From: Guillardia theta CCMP2712
Taxonomy: Eukaryota > Protista > Cryptophyta
Direction: 5' to 3'
DNA length: 64,000 nucleotides
Assembly (NCBI RefSeq): GCF_000315625.1
Contig: NW_005434646.1
Coordinates: 335,626-399,625, forward strand
Of this stretch, positions 11,355 through 24,191 are shown in pieces. The notes below the pieces were generated by a model, which saw only the letters and a program-made list of their open reading frames with translations, did not search any database and was not told the DNA's origin. Every line of letters starts with the position of its first letter. Positions within the stretch are counted from its first letter, which is position 1. Both the position numbers and the translations under genes were made by a program.

Positions 11355-12482
11355 TTATGATGCATCTTGAATACTTTTAACCAAGATTGACCTGAGCCTC
11401 TCCTTCCTGTCTCCAGAATCTTTGTCTGACTCTAACTTCTTCGAGAAGCTGTCTCCCCTGACACTCCTCTTGAAGCTCCAGAACTGCTTCGACAGCAGCA
11501 TATGCCGCCTCATCTTGAAGAGGTCCGCACCGCTCCTCGGGCGAGATTCGGCATGCAAAGGTGACTGCACGACGTTGCGAATCACCCGCATCTTGTGGTC
11601 GTCGAGGTTCTGACCGAAGATCCGCGCTGACCCCTGCTGGATCAACGCAGTGCTGATGAGCTTCTCGCGAGGAAACGCTTCTTCACGGCAGAAGTGAGAC
11701 ACGAGCCTCTCCACCACCCTCGTCCCCAGGTCCTCATCGCTGACTCCACGAGACTCCACCTCCCTCATGTCTATCGGAGGGGAGAAGGCTTGCAGATGGT
11801 GCCATGCCGTCACCGTGTGCTTCCCATCCTCGGCCTCGCACAGCACCTGCGCATGCCTCCACCAGGCAGGGTCACCCGATCCTTGACCGCTCCAACCAGT
11901 CGAGCATGCTATCTGTCCATCCTTTACCATCTCGTTCTCTTCCAACAGGACAGGGATGATCCAGTGACCCGCATTCACGGCGTATGAGAACTCACACCTG
12001 CACTTGTTAGAGAGCACGTATGCGTCACTCAGAAACATCAAAGTGACGGCAGGCACGTTGTCGTATCCGCTCCCATTGATGTACTTCTGATCGATCCAGC
12101 ACACCAGGTCAGTTGCCTTGGCGATCAGATGGCAAAGTGATTGGATCAACTTCATGGCTCGATTGCAGGTTGAGGCATGCAGCGACTTGTGGAACTTGAG
12201 CATCCAGGACTCTCCGGAGTGTGGATCTAGCAAGTGCATAATCCTCTTTGGGGACTGATAGATCTCCAGGAGGCGGCTAGAAGAGCTCTTCCCTTTGAGG
12301 ACATCCCTAGCGTTCCTGGCAGTGCCGGAAGTCCCTGTCGTCTCGATGGAAGGGCCTTCGCTCTTTGGATCGCTCGAGTGATCCCTTGCTGACCCCGTTT
12401 GTTTTACCTGCCTCGTCGTCGGAGTCGTTAGCGGCGTCCTGTAGCTCATGCTCTCCGACAAGGACTGACTACGGTACAACAC
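11355..12482 (-). CDS. TIR(TIR_2)-like domain protein; probably further upstream exon(s) to ~12.8 kb
   Basis: LVCWIDQ...LMFLSDAYVLSNKCRCEFSYA...IIPVLL matches the TIR_2 pattern (W.D, LS..Y..S..C..E...A, IIPV). Confidence 0.6.
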   Translation of the reverse strand: MLYRSQSLSESMSYRTPLTTPTTRQVKQTGSARDHSSDPKSEGPSIETTGTSGTARNARDVLKGKSSSSRLLEIYQSPKRIMHLLDPHSGESWMLKFHKSLHASTCNRAMKLIQSLCHLIAKATDLVCWIDQKYINGSGYDNVPAVTLMFLSDAYVLSNKCRCEFSYAVNAGHWIIPVLLEENEMVKDGQIACSTGWSGQGSGDPAWWRHAQVLCEAEDGKHTVTAWHHLQAFSPPIDMREVESRGVSDEDLGTRVVERLVSHFCREEAFPREKLISTALIQQGSARIFGQNLDDHKMRVIRNVVQSPLHAESRPRSGADLFKMRRHMLLSKQFWSFKRSVRGDSFSKKLESDKDSGDRKERLRSILVKSIQDAS

Positions 12483-13991
12483 TTATCTTCCACTTGGTGT
12501 TCAACCGCTGGCAGTTGAACGAGGATGCCGGTGGCGTCGGAGTTCCCCGGTCAGGCGGCCAGCTGGTTCGCTGCCGCTCGCTCTGCAGGCCCGGGCTATG
12601 CACCTCAAGAGCTCACAGGGCGAGTCAAGGACTCAGTCAGGACCTTCATTGAGTTCCGGCATTGCGATGCTGCACAATCGCGATCGGACCATCGACATGC
12701 ACGAGCCCCCAGTGCTTGCCTGCCTCCTCCTTGCATGGGCGGGGCTGCCGCATCTGATCCGTTGACGATCTGAGTTGACTTCCCTTGACCGAGCGTAACT
12801 GGAGCAACATAATCGTAACCGGGGGAGATTTCATTGCAGCCGTTACAACTCACGAAACTTGGCCTGGCCGCCTCAAAGGACCACCTCGCTATATCGTAAG
12901 TGGGGTATGTCGTGGACCCACCCCTATCAATCACAAACACTCCCCTATGAAATATAAGGGTACCCACCCACCTAAACTAATTTTGTTACCCCCTCTTGCC
13001 TGGGGATTGGGTTAGCTGGATGTCTACGACCCTTCTCAATTTGGTGGGTGGGGTACATACCCTACCCTCCTATTCATGATTCCAGCAATTAGTGAAATAC
13101 CCACCCTTTGTTCAAGAATCGAGCAGGTTGTCCCACCTGTTGCCATCAACAAATAAAAAACATTTAATAATTTCAGCATAAAACTTTGTTTTCAATACAA
13201 ACTTTAAAGTATTTTAATAATTCTCGGTACGCTATGCCTCAAGTACAACAAAAGGTATTTACAAAATTGAGGCCGTAAGCACTAGAATTCTGCCTGTTAA
13301 TTCGACCCTCCCCGTCAAGCGATAGCTCAAATTCTTGAATGAGTAATCGAAATGTACAGTATTATATATAATAATATAATATGATATAAATATCATCTAA
13401 AATAGTTTTTAACTTTTTCCTCAATTGTTCTTCCCCCGGCGCAGGCATGCTGGACATTTCCTTTGCCTATGTAGCTTCTAGGCGCCCTTCCCCCTACCCT
13501 CCCCTCTACCCTCCCCCTCCCCCTCCCCCTCCTTCCCCCTCAAATTTCGTTGTCACTGTGCGTTCTCATCTTGCACTGCAATCACCGCTATCATATCCTT
13601 TCAGCTTTCCTTCCTAGATCCGTGAAACCCGAATCAGCTTCAACTAGAAAAACTAAAGCATCAATCACCACAATCACCAACACTACTATCACAACCATCA
13701 GCTTCCACAATCACCTGTATATAGCATGTGGGTGTGATATGCATGAACTACTCTTCTTTGTTTGGATGTGTATTTCCCATGTTTCAGTCCCATATGTAGT
13801 TGTCTCATTCTGAATCCGCCGAAACCTTGCTGGCCACCTCCATTCAACAATTGTATTGATCTTTGTTAATTTCTTTTGATCTAGAAATAATTGCCAATGG
13901 TTGTGAAGTTGAGCATTTATCTTGAAAGTAACCTATTTGCTGACTTATAGCTCTCACAAAGGGATCCGAAGATAGTGAAGACACACGGAGG

Positions 13992-15996
13992 ATGGACCAA
14001 TCTTCACCCGAGGGTATAAACCACGACAGCCCTGTTGAGAAATCCAATTCAGAGTGGGTAACGTTCGAGGCTGGAAATGATTCCAGCAATGGGCACATAA
14101 ATGGCCATGAAGTGAGGAAAGTTGTATTTCTATGCCCTGAATTGACATAATGTCTGCAGTTGGACAAAACATCTTCAAGTGATGCCGTAAAAGAGTTCTC
14201 CTCCTCCAACGAATTTGAGGACTCGATAACTGACGATATCGGCAATGAATCCACAACATCCGCAGCTCCAGGGTCCGAGGAGCCGAGCACAGGAGGGTTT
14301 GACGGGCTGATGGGAGGCTTCGGGGAGAGCACTGGACAGGAGGGCGTGGGAGCCGGAGGAGCCGGAGGGTTTGAGGAGGTAGGGGGCTTCGGGGACACAT
14401 CCACGACAGCGGCAGCTCCAGGGTCCGAGGAGCCGAGCACAGGAGGGTTTGACGGGCTGATGGGAGGCTTCGGGGAGAGCACTGGACAGGAGGGCGTGGG
14501 AGCCGGAGGAGCCGGAGGGTTTGAGGAGGTAGGGGGCTTCGGGGACACATCCACGACAGCGGCAGCTCCAGGGTCCGAGGAGCCGAGCACAGGAGGGTTT
14601 GACGGGCTGATGGGAGGCTTCGGGGAGAGCACTGGACAGGAGGGCGTGGGAGCCGGAGGAGCCGGAGGGTTTGAGGAGGTAGGGGGCTTCGGGGACACAT
14701 CCACGACAGCGGCAGCTCCAGGGTCCGAGGAGCCGAGCACAGGAGGGTTTGACGGGCTGATGGGAGGCTTCGGGGAGAGCACTGGACAGGAGGGCGTGGG
14801 AGCCGGAGGAGCCGGAGGGTTTGAGGAGGTAGGGGGCTTCGGGGACACATCCACGACAGCGGCAGCTCCAGGGTCCGAGGAGCCGAGCACAGGAGGGTTT
14901 GACGGGCTGATGGGAGGCTTCGGGGAGAGCACTGGACAGGAGGGCGGGGTAGGATCAGGTGGTGTGTTTGACTCTTCCTCACCACCTGGGTTTTCGGATG
15001 TGCAGACTTCTTCTGTTTCCGGTTTGGATTTCCCTGGTCAGAGCGGGGAAGAGCCTTCGGCCTCTTTTGATTTCCCTCCATCTCGTCCAGTACCGACTAT
15101 TCCCAGCTCCATCCCGGATGTCCAGGTTGCTGGAGATCCGTTTTTCGGCAATGGCGTCTCTGGAACGCAGTCTCAAGCAGTAGAGACGCCTACGGAGAAG
15201 GATGTTATCTCAGATGTCACTGATGACTGGGGAGAAGAGGAGAAGGAAAAGCCCAAGCTCAACTTCAAGATAAGATCCAAAGAAGAGATTGAAGCTGAGA
15301 ACGCAAAGAATGCCGTTTCCCTCTCTGCAGTGAACCTTGGACTTCCCGTAGCACCTGCTCCATCAGGCAGGTCTCGCCGGCAGGTTGCAGTCTTGTCCGG
15401 ACAGAACTCTTCGGGATCAAGTTTGCACAGTCCCAGTATGGACTCCCCCCAAGCGTCGACACCTACTGCAGCTGCTCCTTCCTTCTTCCATGCCAACAAC
15501 GTTACGCCAGAGGACCGTATCAAGCAACTCGAGGCGCAAGTCACAGAATTGAACGGCAAGCTTGAGAAGGTAACAATAGATTTCTGATTGGATTCGATTG
15601 ACAGATGATGACAGGCTTTGAATGAGAACAAATTGCTTCACATCAAAGTTTCGTCGCTCAATCGCGAAATTGATGTAATCAGCTGATGCTGTGCTCGATT
15701 TCACTGACCGGTTTGCTACAGGACTTCCACAATAAAGCGGAGACCAACACAGTAACGCCTTTGTGTTTGCACATGTTAACCTGACTCTCTGTAGGAGCAC
15801 AAGCTTGAAGAGTTGGAAGCAGCCTTGATTCAGGTGACGCCAGAGCTTTTCTCTCGCACCTTCTCACTTGGCGCAGGCCAAACTTCAAAATGCGGAAGAT
15901 GCTTCGATTATCTTGCAGTTGAAGCACAAGGTAAGAGAACAAGGGTCTATGATTTTTTAACTTGCGACACAGCTCAAGACAAACGGAATAAGTTAA
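13992..15996 (+). CDS. Acidic Gly/Phe-rich repeat protein with C-terminal coiled coil, multi-exon
   Basis: Long ORF 14160-15587 plus short flanking exons with GT-AG introns. 50-aa repeats; RIKQLEAQVTELNGKLEK coiled coil. Ends approximate. Confidence 0.6.
14262..14946 (+). repeat. Coding tandem repeat, 150-bp unit, ~4.6 near-identical copies
   Basis: Unit recurs at 150-nt spacing and encodes AAPGSEEPSTGGFDGLMGGFGESTGQEGVGAGGAGGFEEVGGFGDTSTTA. Confidence 0.97.
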
Positions 15997-16327
15997 AACG
16001 AGGGCGAACGTTTCTTGTAAATGTACGTTTTGCCATTTTGAGTATTTGAAATAAAGTATCTCTTGATGTTCAAGTTCTGCTTTGAAGCGATTGGTACGAG
16101 AAGAGGAGAGTAGATAACTTAGCTCTCTATTTGTGCGAGCGGGGTGGAGGCATATATATAATCCTCTATGGATCGCTTTACAGAAATGACAAAACTTACA
16201 ACGCCTGTCTATCGCTGGAAGTGACAACTATGAGAGCCTACCAGCGGCAGCCAGCAAGCATCAGAATTGCATTTCAAGTGGTACTCAGATGTTCAACAGT
16301 CATCAGAAACGATAGGATCCTGCTCGT

Positions 16328-16841
16328 TTACTTGGACCTTGCCCTCATCTTCCTACGCTTGCGCTGAAGACGCCTTTGCCTCTTCTTCTTCCACTTCCAC
16401 CGCATCTATTCCACGCAGAATAAGAAAATTATTGATCAAAAGTGCGAGGTTCACATATGCAGCACAAACATCGAAAAGAAACGTTTCACGTTGCAAGTAG
16501 TCAGGCAATAGACGCATCAAGTTGCTGGTATGAATCAAAGAGGAACAAGACGTAAACAGAAATCAAACATTATCAAGCGTATCCGGATAAACTATCAAAG
16601 ACATTGATAGGAAAGCCAAGACAAAAAAGAACAAACTCTTGCAAAAAATTCAAGATCCATTCAATAGCCACTGCAACGAGTGTGGAGCTCAGAATACATC
16701 TTTCTCAGTAACAAAAGCAATAAAAATAAAAATTCAATAGAGGAGAAAGAAACGACACCATATCAACACATTCTCATCATCTCCTTTCCTCTCTCATACC
16801 TTAGCGGTGGACTTCTTCCATGGGTTGCTCTTATGCGCCAT
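16328..16841 (-). CDS. RPL41: Ribosomal protein eL41 (eS32), long form; exons 16841-16800 and 16405-16328
   Basis: Exon 2 = MRWKWKKKRQRRLQRKRRKMRARSK*. Exon 1 = MAHKSNPWKKSTAK followed by a GTATGA donor; the acceptor ...GAATAG lies directly before exon 2; phase 0. Confidence 0.92.
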
Positions 16842-17309
16842 GGCCGCAAGTCACTCGTCGGCTGCCTCGCACGAGAATAAATACACCCCCCCCCTCTGCA
16901 CCCCACCTACCCCACCCCCCTTATCGTACTACCCCGTTTGCTCTTCACCCTGGAAAAATGGACCCTACCCGAAGAAGATATGACCCTACCCGGTCATCTT
17001 TCTTCATCTCGGAGGGCACCCGGTCCATTGCCTCAATTTACCTACTCTTTCTGCTGCAAAAGTACCCTACCCCACCAATCTGACCACATAGTGAAGGGTG
17101 GGAACCACCCTGACATCGGCTTTATTTTATACCCGGCTACCCTTATTAATTTATGAAGATCCATGACCCCCCACCCCCTTTTGCCTGTGCTCGGCCGCTG
17201 TTTTTTTTTCACGTGGGGTTCTTTCTCCTCGGTAATCACCCCCACCCCCTTAATTCTCTGCACATTGTATTCTGTGATGGGGTGGGTCCCTTTTCCGTTT
17301 CCCTGGACG

Positions 17310-17409
17310 CTAGGTCAACTTCTAGGTCAACTTCTAGGTCAACTTCTAGGTCAACTTCTAGGTCAATTTCTAGGTCAATTTCTAGGTCAATTTCTAGGTC
17401 AACTTCTAG
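17310..17409. repeat. 12-bp minisatellite (CTAGGTCAA[C/T]TT) x~8
   Basis: Direct tandem repeats visible. Confidence 0.95.
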
Positions 17410-17759
17410 TCTAGTAGTAACTCATCCCAGTAACTTCTCGTCAGTGTTGTTACACCAGCATCCGGCTGATGTCAGGCAGGGTGTCAATTGCATGGCAACG
17501 ACATACGTAGACTGAAAGGGTCACCTCCAGCGATGGGCAAGACCTTCAACCGCCCGTGGGCCGCCCGGCAGATACCCTGGGGCCCTACCTTCCACTGAGC
17601 CTCCGGAGATACGGTGGCACAGGAAGCCACGGTCTAGATGAAACATAATCGATCAGCGGGAGCACATTCAGTTCGTCTTGCTCCCGGCTTCCCCAACGGT
17701 TTCGCAAATGCAATTTATATTTCCTTCAGTGTAGTGTGACCTTCCGACATCACGAGAAT

Positions 17760-18587
17760 ATTTCCCAGACTCCAACCATGGTATTTGGGGGATTCTGTAT
17801 TCGATGTGTTGGGTAACCATTGCAAAGTTTATGCAACTCAGGGGTAAGGTTGTTGTTGTCAGACGATCTTGCAAAGATCGCTTCAACGCTCCTGAATGTA
17901 TGAAAGATGGAGCAAAAGAAGAGCAGATTATGTCGAAGCATTACCTGGCTGGCGGCTCATGTCGGTACATGTTCGAAAAGACGGCAGCGGTGGTGAAGCA
18001 GAGGCTGGATCGGGCTCTTGCATCGTGTCGAAACCTAGAACATCTGTTCCAGGGTATCGTTGGTGACTCCTCGTTGGATGCTGTAAATCACTTGACTGCA
18101 CGTTCAAGCATTCCCAGCATAAGGAGCTACCTTTTCGAGCTTTGATTTTTCAAGAAGGTGAAGCAAGGGGTGACCATGCGTGTCACGTGTGAATCAGGTT
18201 TGGATGGAATGCCCAGTGTTACCCTTCGATGCGAACGAAGTCATGGAGAGTCTTCCTCAAGAGAGAGCATGCTTGAGGCCAATCAACGTGTTTCAACCAG
18301 GCTATGATGCTATTATTGTGAATGTGCGTGCGAAGTTGGTCGAGCTTGTGCAGGTGACAGTTTTATCGTCGCACTCATTTAAGCTCTCTCCCTTCGCAAA
18401 AGCTCTCAAGAAGCTCAACATCCCAACCAAGGGTTGGAAAGTGAAAGTAGTTTTCATCGTTCCGCCAGAAAGGCTCAAGGATTTTCAGATCGACGCTATC
18501 AAGAATTGCGGGGCGATGGAGGAGTACGGATGGAAGAAGGGGTCCGAGGGTAAGCAGGCAGATGTAGCGAGCATTGAAATGCTGTGA
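17760..18587 (+). pseudogene. Crinkler/RHS-type NTPase + PD-(D/E)xK restriction-endonuclease-fold effector remnant
   Basis: YLAGGSCRYMF, VGDSSLDAVNHL, YLFEL*FF and QPGYDAI...VQVTVLSSH motifs. In-frame TGA at 18143-18145 and a frame change before 18180. Confidence 0.65.
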
Positions 18588-21500
18588 CCTCTCATCACGG
18601 GAGGGCTGAGCACTCGCTTGAAGGGAGAGGCAAGATCTGACCAAGAAATGTTGCACTGAAGAAAGGAATGCATGCTTGTCAACTATACCGCCAGGCTTCC
18701 TGTGCTGGCACGCATGCGAGTTGCTCAATGCGGACCCATGCAATTATTATTCCGGCTAGTACGGAACCTTGCCCTGGCTTAAGTCCCGAGCCGGGCAGAA
18801 GATGTCGAATCACCTTAGCAGGTTCGATGTGAGGAATTAGAATCAGGGCAAGGGGATGTTTCTATGGACTTCAGGGTGGACGCCAACCACTAGAGGAGGG
18901 GATGTCGCCTGAGACTTGCTGAGCAGCTTATCCTGATTTGCCAAGTTGACAGATTTGTGCTTGCATGGAGCGAACATCCATTATCAGTGCCTCCATCTGG
19001 GATTCGTGTTGTGATTGGAGGGCCAAGTTCTGATAGATGAACATAGATGCGTATCCATTCCAACAGAAGCCCCTCTCTTATTCAGGCGGATGCATGCGAT
19101 AAAATCTTTGACACCGTCACGCTGCCTGACGTCATGAACACTGCTGTCCGGGCTAACGCAGTCATCCCACCCGTCAAATTGCTGTTCTACCCCTCCACTT
19201 TCCCTTGCAACAAACTAACTTTTCCATGCGCGGACAAGTTCAGTACACCTCCTCTGGCGCATCCTGCTCATGAAAATCCCACAGGATCTGAAAGGTCAGC
19301 TCCTGGCACCTTCTTTCAGCTGCTAGGATTATAGTTTCTTCCACAAAGTCGGCAATCAGCTGCGCTCCTCCTCGGATTTGGCATGAAAAAGCCCTCCCAT
19401 TGAGCCATGACGTGAAGCATGTGCACTGTTCGATCCATGCTGCCGATGGAGGCGAGGGATATGCTCAGGCCTCTTGCGAGAGAGCTGCAGCATTTGAGAG
19501 AGGAGGGGACGGTTAAGCTCTGCTCCGAGCACGCAATGTTCAGCTTGGTTTCGTCTGAGTAGGGCGACTCCTGGATTTTAATGGGCAGCTGCTTCTGAAC
19601 GGCGGCGAGAAGGGTATCGCCGGCAGCAAGATGAGGGTGGTTGTCATAGAGCTTGCAGCTGATAGTTGGATAGGTCACACCGAGAGGAAGACCAGACACG
19701 TTCCCAAAGTTACTCGAGTTCTTGAGTGGCATGCGACGAGAAGAAAAAATGGACCCGTCAATGATCGCTCCCACAGCTACCGGCAGGAGACGACTTGCTG
19801 CACCCGTAGATCATAGAACCTTCAAAAAGAACCACAGCGACGGGAACATCTTCCGGATGACGAACGAGCCCCAGACACGGAGGATGAAGGAGGGAGGCAT
19901 GACGAGTAGGAGCGGACGTATGGAGCTTCTTCGAGGATCTCACTCTCTCTCTCCCCCCTCTCGTGCTTCATCAGGCCAAGCCCTGACTGCCACCTTTGCC
20001 TGACCCCACCTGCCATTAGAGCTACCACTCTTCTGTTGGAGCTACCACTCTTGGTACAATACCACTGCTATTTCAGTACCATTCACACCAGAACAATGTG
20101 GTAGATGGAAGGAGAGTAGATGAGCTGGCGAGCAAGGAGTATGGCAGCAGAGAAGCGACAAGACAATCAATCAGGTAGAGAGGAAAGATAGAGCAGAGCA
20201 GCGAGGAGGGAGGCAAATGAGGATTTGAACAGAAATATTTGAGAGGCAAAAAGAGGAAGACAAAGATGACACAAGTATCTTCTGCTTTCAATCGATGAAT
20301 GGTGACCCCACCATGTGAGTAGCAGTATGAGCGGTTTGTTTTTGATGTGACGTGCTTCAGGCAATGAGGCGTGAGTCCTCCTGTCATCCAAGGTTACACT
20401 CCCCGGCTATATGCATATCCCCTGCAGCTCAATTTTCTGAAAGAGCTGCAGACATGAAAGTATCCCAAGGGAAAACCAACATCAAGGCAGTGGTTCCTAG
20501 ACTTGTGGCAGCGCAGGTATCTGACGCGTCTGCCTTCAAGTTTGCAATGAAGGTCACCTCAGAGAATTACCATTCACAACTCTCCCAGGCATGGGAAGGT
20601 CTTGGGCCGGAAAGGCAGGGCTGTGCATTCCCCTCTCTCGCTGCAAGCAGAGATGACATTGTGCATGATGTTGTCTTTGATTGCTGCCCGAAAATGTTGG
20701 GGTTTCAGGATACAGATGAATATCATCGACTGCTGGACAACAGGACTGTTGATGACACAACCAGACAATTTGGCGTAGGTAGTATCTTCCTTTAAAGGAT
20801 ATGACCGTGAGAAGAGTGGGGATTGTCGTACATCAAGTTGAATGTATATGAGTAGGATAACTTTACAGAGATCGTGGATGATTTCACAGAATCTGGCATG
20901 AGAAACAGCAGGTTGCTGTTCTGCAAGGAGCTATAAACAAGCTCTTTACGACCTCATCATTTCAGGAGTAGCATGGAGAGACGAATTCGAAGGTACATTC
21001 TGTTCCTCTGCCTCTCCGGAAGTTGTAATCTTGTTCATGAAAGCATTCGGACTCCCCTGGGACAGAAACCAAGATGACAGTGAGCAATCTCACTTGGTGG
21101 CCCACAATAATACATTACCTGACCACTGTTGTTCTTTCATGAAGGTGAAGATTTTGAAGACTCGTGGTCGGGAAGACGAAAACATGTGATGCCCACCATT
21201 CTTCGCTTGCAACAAGTCATGATCAATACATAGCGAATGGAGCTATCGTCGGGTGAGTTGAGATTCAAGCGATTCTCCTTGCTGACAACGTGTCATCAGG
21301 ACAAAGCCTATCAGTAGCAAGCGCCCCTACGCGTCTGACGCGGCCTCTGCCGCCTCCGGGACCCAGCGCAGATATCCCCCATTCGGGACCAGGATGGATG
21401 TCAAACGGAGGTGTCAACAGCTCGACGCCAGCTGCTGCCTTGCCTTACTGTGGCATCAGCTGGAGAAGCAGAGTCGCAAGTATCTACAGAAGGCAAACAA

Positions 21501-21854
21501 GGACTTTTGACAGGAGCTTATTTTCTCAGAGAAAGAAATAGGAAATGAATCCAATGATCTTCATCGTTAGAAGGCATTATTGTTTGTCAAACTATCTATT
21601 AAATCGCTATTCTTGTCGCATTTTTCATACTCCACATCGACTATATGTTACATCCATGTCTTGACAGGCCTCTCCTTTCTTTCACTCGCTCCTAGCAAGC
21701 ATCGACCACGAGGTGTCATAGTGGTAGACCAGTTCTCAGGCCGCCCTCAGAGTCCGACAATTCAAACCAAAGCCGGTAAGTTGATCTGAAAGCCTGGCAA
21801 GTTGCCCGGGCCGCCTGACTGTGTCAGAGGCGTGTCGTATCCAATCTCAGGGAA

Positions 21855-23217
21855 ATGCTGATATTCCGACGTGTTTCAGGCGATGAGCTGCAGTCATTGA
21901 GCGTCAAGGTGAAAGTTCAACTCCCTGCTTCTACTTCCTACAGTTTTTGCACAGCCACGAACGGAATTGCACAGCAGGCTTCATTGATATCGCAGCCTTC
22001 CTTTGGTTTGCCTGATGATTGTAAATGTATCATTGTACGGCAAAAATATTTTGATGCAAACCTGCTCTGGAGAGCACTCGGTCAGCACAAACATGCTGGA
22101 GTCGAATACCTCGTCCTCATTGAAAGTATTGAGGGGGGCATACAAAAAATACTTCAAGCCGCGATGCATCTTGAAAATTTGAGAGTACTCATCATTCAAG
22201 GTTTTGATCAAGATTTTGAAAAACTTTAAAATTGAAATCGGAATCATACTGATAGCTTTTTATTTGTTGTTCAGGTGTAGATTTGAAGTTCGATGACCAG
22301 GATGTGCTTGCTTCTCTTTTCCACAAGCTTCATGTACATGATCTCATTCTCCATAGAAACCATCTATACGGAAATGACAGGTGCGTCCTTTTTCAGAACA
22401 AGTCTATCCTACATTTGCGCTCTCACAATCGCATCAGGCTAGAGTTTCTGACGAGGGCTTTGCTCAAAAACGATTGTTTAAAAAGTCTTCGAATCACAAG
22501 GAATGATTTGAGGTCGTCATCGTCAGGCCCATTGTCAAAGTATATCGCAAGCAGTACAACCTTGCAGGCGATCGACCTGTCAGGGAATTTACTTGGTAAG
22601 TTATTTGGTGAAGCTGCATTGGATTGTGTGACAAGAACTTTGATAAAGGAAGTGTGGGCGTATCGATCGTTTCGCAGGGGATCCGAAGTAACCGGAGCAT
22701 CACGGCGATAAGTCTGAACTACTGCAGCATGCAATGCGCTGGAGCCACCACCTTGTCGCGCTGCTTGTCTGGACATCAAGCAGTCTGCAAACTGGAGCTT
22801 GCCGGCAATCAAATCGGTTCGGCAGGAGGCAAAGAAATATTTGCTGTTCTATCAAGTATGCAAGCTCTGACGCATCTGAACTTACACAACAACAACCTGA
22901 GAGACGATGGAATGCAACACCTTTTGGCTTTCTTTCCGAAAAGCTGTTTGAAATTCTTAGATGTTTCCATGAATCAGATCAGTCCTGTCACAGATCGTGA
23001 GTTGGCAAAGTTGTTTTTCACAGGCAGATATGATCGAAATGATGCGGGAAGAACTTGTTGGTATCCTGCAAAAATTCTTTTCGTGTTGGCGATCTTGATG
23101 AGCCGTCATCCAAGATTAGGATGCAAAAGTGCGTTCAACGAGCTTCACGAAGATGTCTTTCAGATTATCATTGATGACTTTCTTTCAAGCTTCAATGATT
23201 TCTCTGTAATCTTCTGA
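21855..23217 (+). CDS. RNI-like leucine-rich repeat protein, 3 exons
   Basis: LxxLxLxxNxL repeats (LQAIDLSGNLLG, LELAGNQIG, LTHLNLHNNNL). Confidence 0.8.
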
Positions 23218-23496
23218 TCAAGCTGGATGGAGATCAACTTTGCAGCTCGACGGTCAGATTCATCATTTTATGAATTCGGACCTTCTATACACTTTGCAGG
23301 ACTGAATGGTACAGTCAAAATATAAAACATGTTCGATAACTGCATCTGCGCACAAAGTTCTGATAGTGAGTGATATGGCATTGGCTCTGAATAGAACTTG
23401 GCAGGGCAGTCCAAGTACGGATACATCTCATCTTTCTACAAATTCAGATACATGGCTGTGAGTGAGTCTCCTGGCTGTTTGAAAGCTCGTAAACAC

Positions 23497-23691
23497 CATC
23501 TCTGTGATGGAGGATGTGTCCGCTATCTCTGTGATGGAGGATGTGTCCGCTCATCTCTGTGATGGAGGATGTGTCCGCTCATCTCTGTGATGGAGGATGT
23601 GTCCGCTATCTCTGTGATGGAGGATGTGTCCGCTCATCTCTGTGATGGAGGATGTGTCCGCTCATCTCTGTGATGGAGGATGTGTCCGCTC
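23497..23691. repeat. 27/28-bp minisatellite (ATCTCTGTGATGGAGGATGTGTCCGCT[C]) x7
   Basis: Direct tandem repeats visible. Confidence 0.95.
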
Positions 23692-24191
23692 CAACCGACG
23701 CTATCAGAGCAACTACTGCATCGCCAGCATGGGAACTAGCGCCTTGCATAGTCTTCCTTATAAATCCTTTTTTGTCAAAATAAAACCATATTTATGTTCA
23801 CAGTACAAGCTTTACTCAAAGAGGAAGTTCCGAGAGTCTTCTAACTACCCACCCCAGCATTGTTTGCAAGTCTCAGAAATCGGGAGGGTGGTGGCGAAGT
23901 GGGGGTGGGGTGATATGAAACCTTGTCAGACGGAGCACCAGGAGCACGGGGTAGGAAAAGCCTTGTTGATGGGGGTACTAATCGAAACCGGTAGTAGTAG
24001 CTGGATACATCAAGGGGGTGGGTGGAACTTTTTTTTTCCAAAAAGAGGGTTGAGATATGATCGAATGGTTTGAATTGATTAAATTCAATTCAGGCGTAAT
24101 TAAAAGCGGCTCAATCGATTAAAATCAATTGACACAAGGCGATTTAATCGAAAAAGGCGAAAGTGTCTTGATAGGATCGGGCACAGGAATA

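Noticed and set aside
13844-15081. Long minus-strand ORFs (362 and 375 aa)
   Set aside because: Antisense shadows of the stop-free 150-bp coding repeat.
16685-16785. Possible C/D snoRNA in the RPL41 intron (ATGATGA...CTGA with GGAG/CTCC ends)
   Set aside because: The C box is very close to the donor, terminal stem geometry is imperfect, and I could not identify a convincing rRNA-complementary guide. A snoscan/Infernal run is needed.
23497-23691. 27-28-bp repeats as a CRISPR array
   Set aside because: Units are directly adjacent with no spacers, there are no cas genes, and the context is eukaryotic: a minisatellite.
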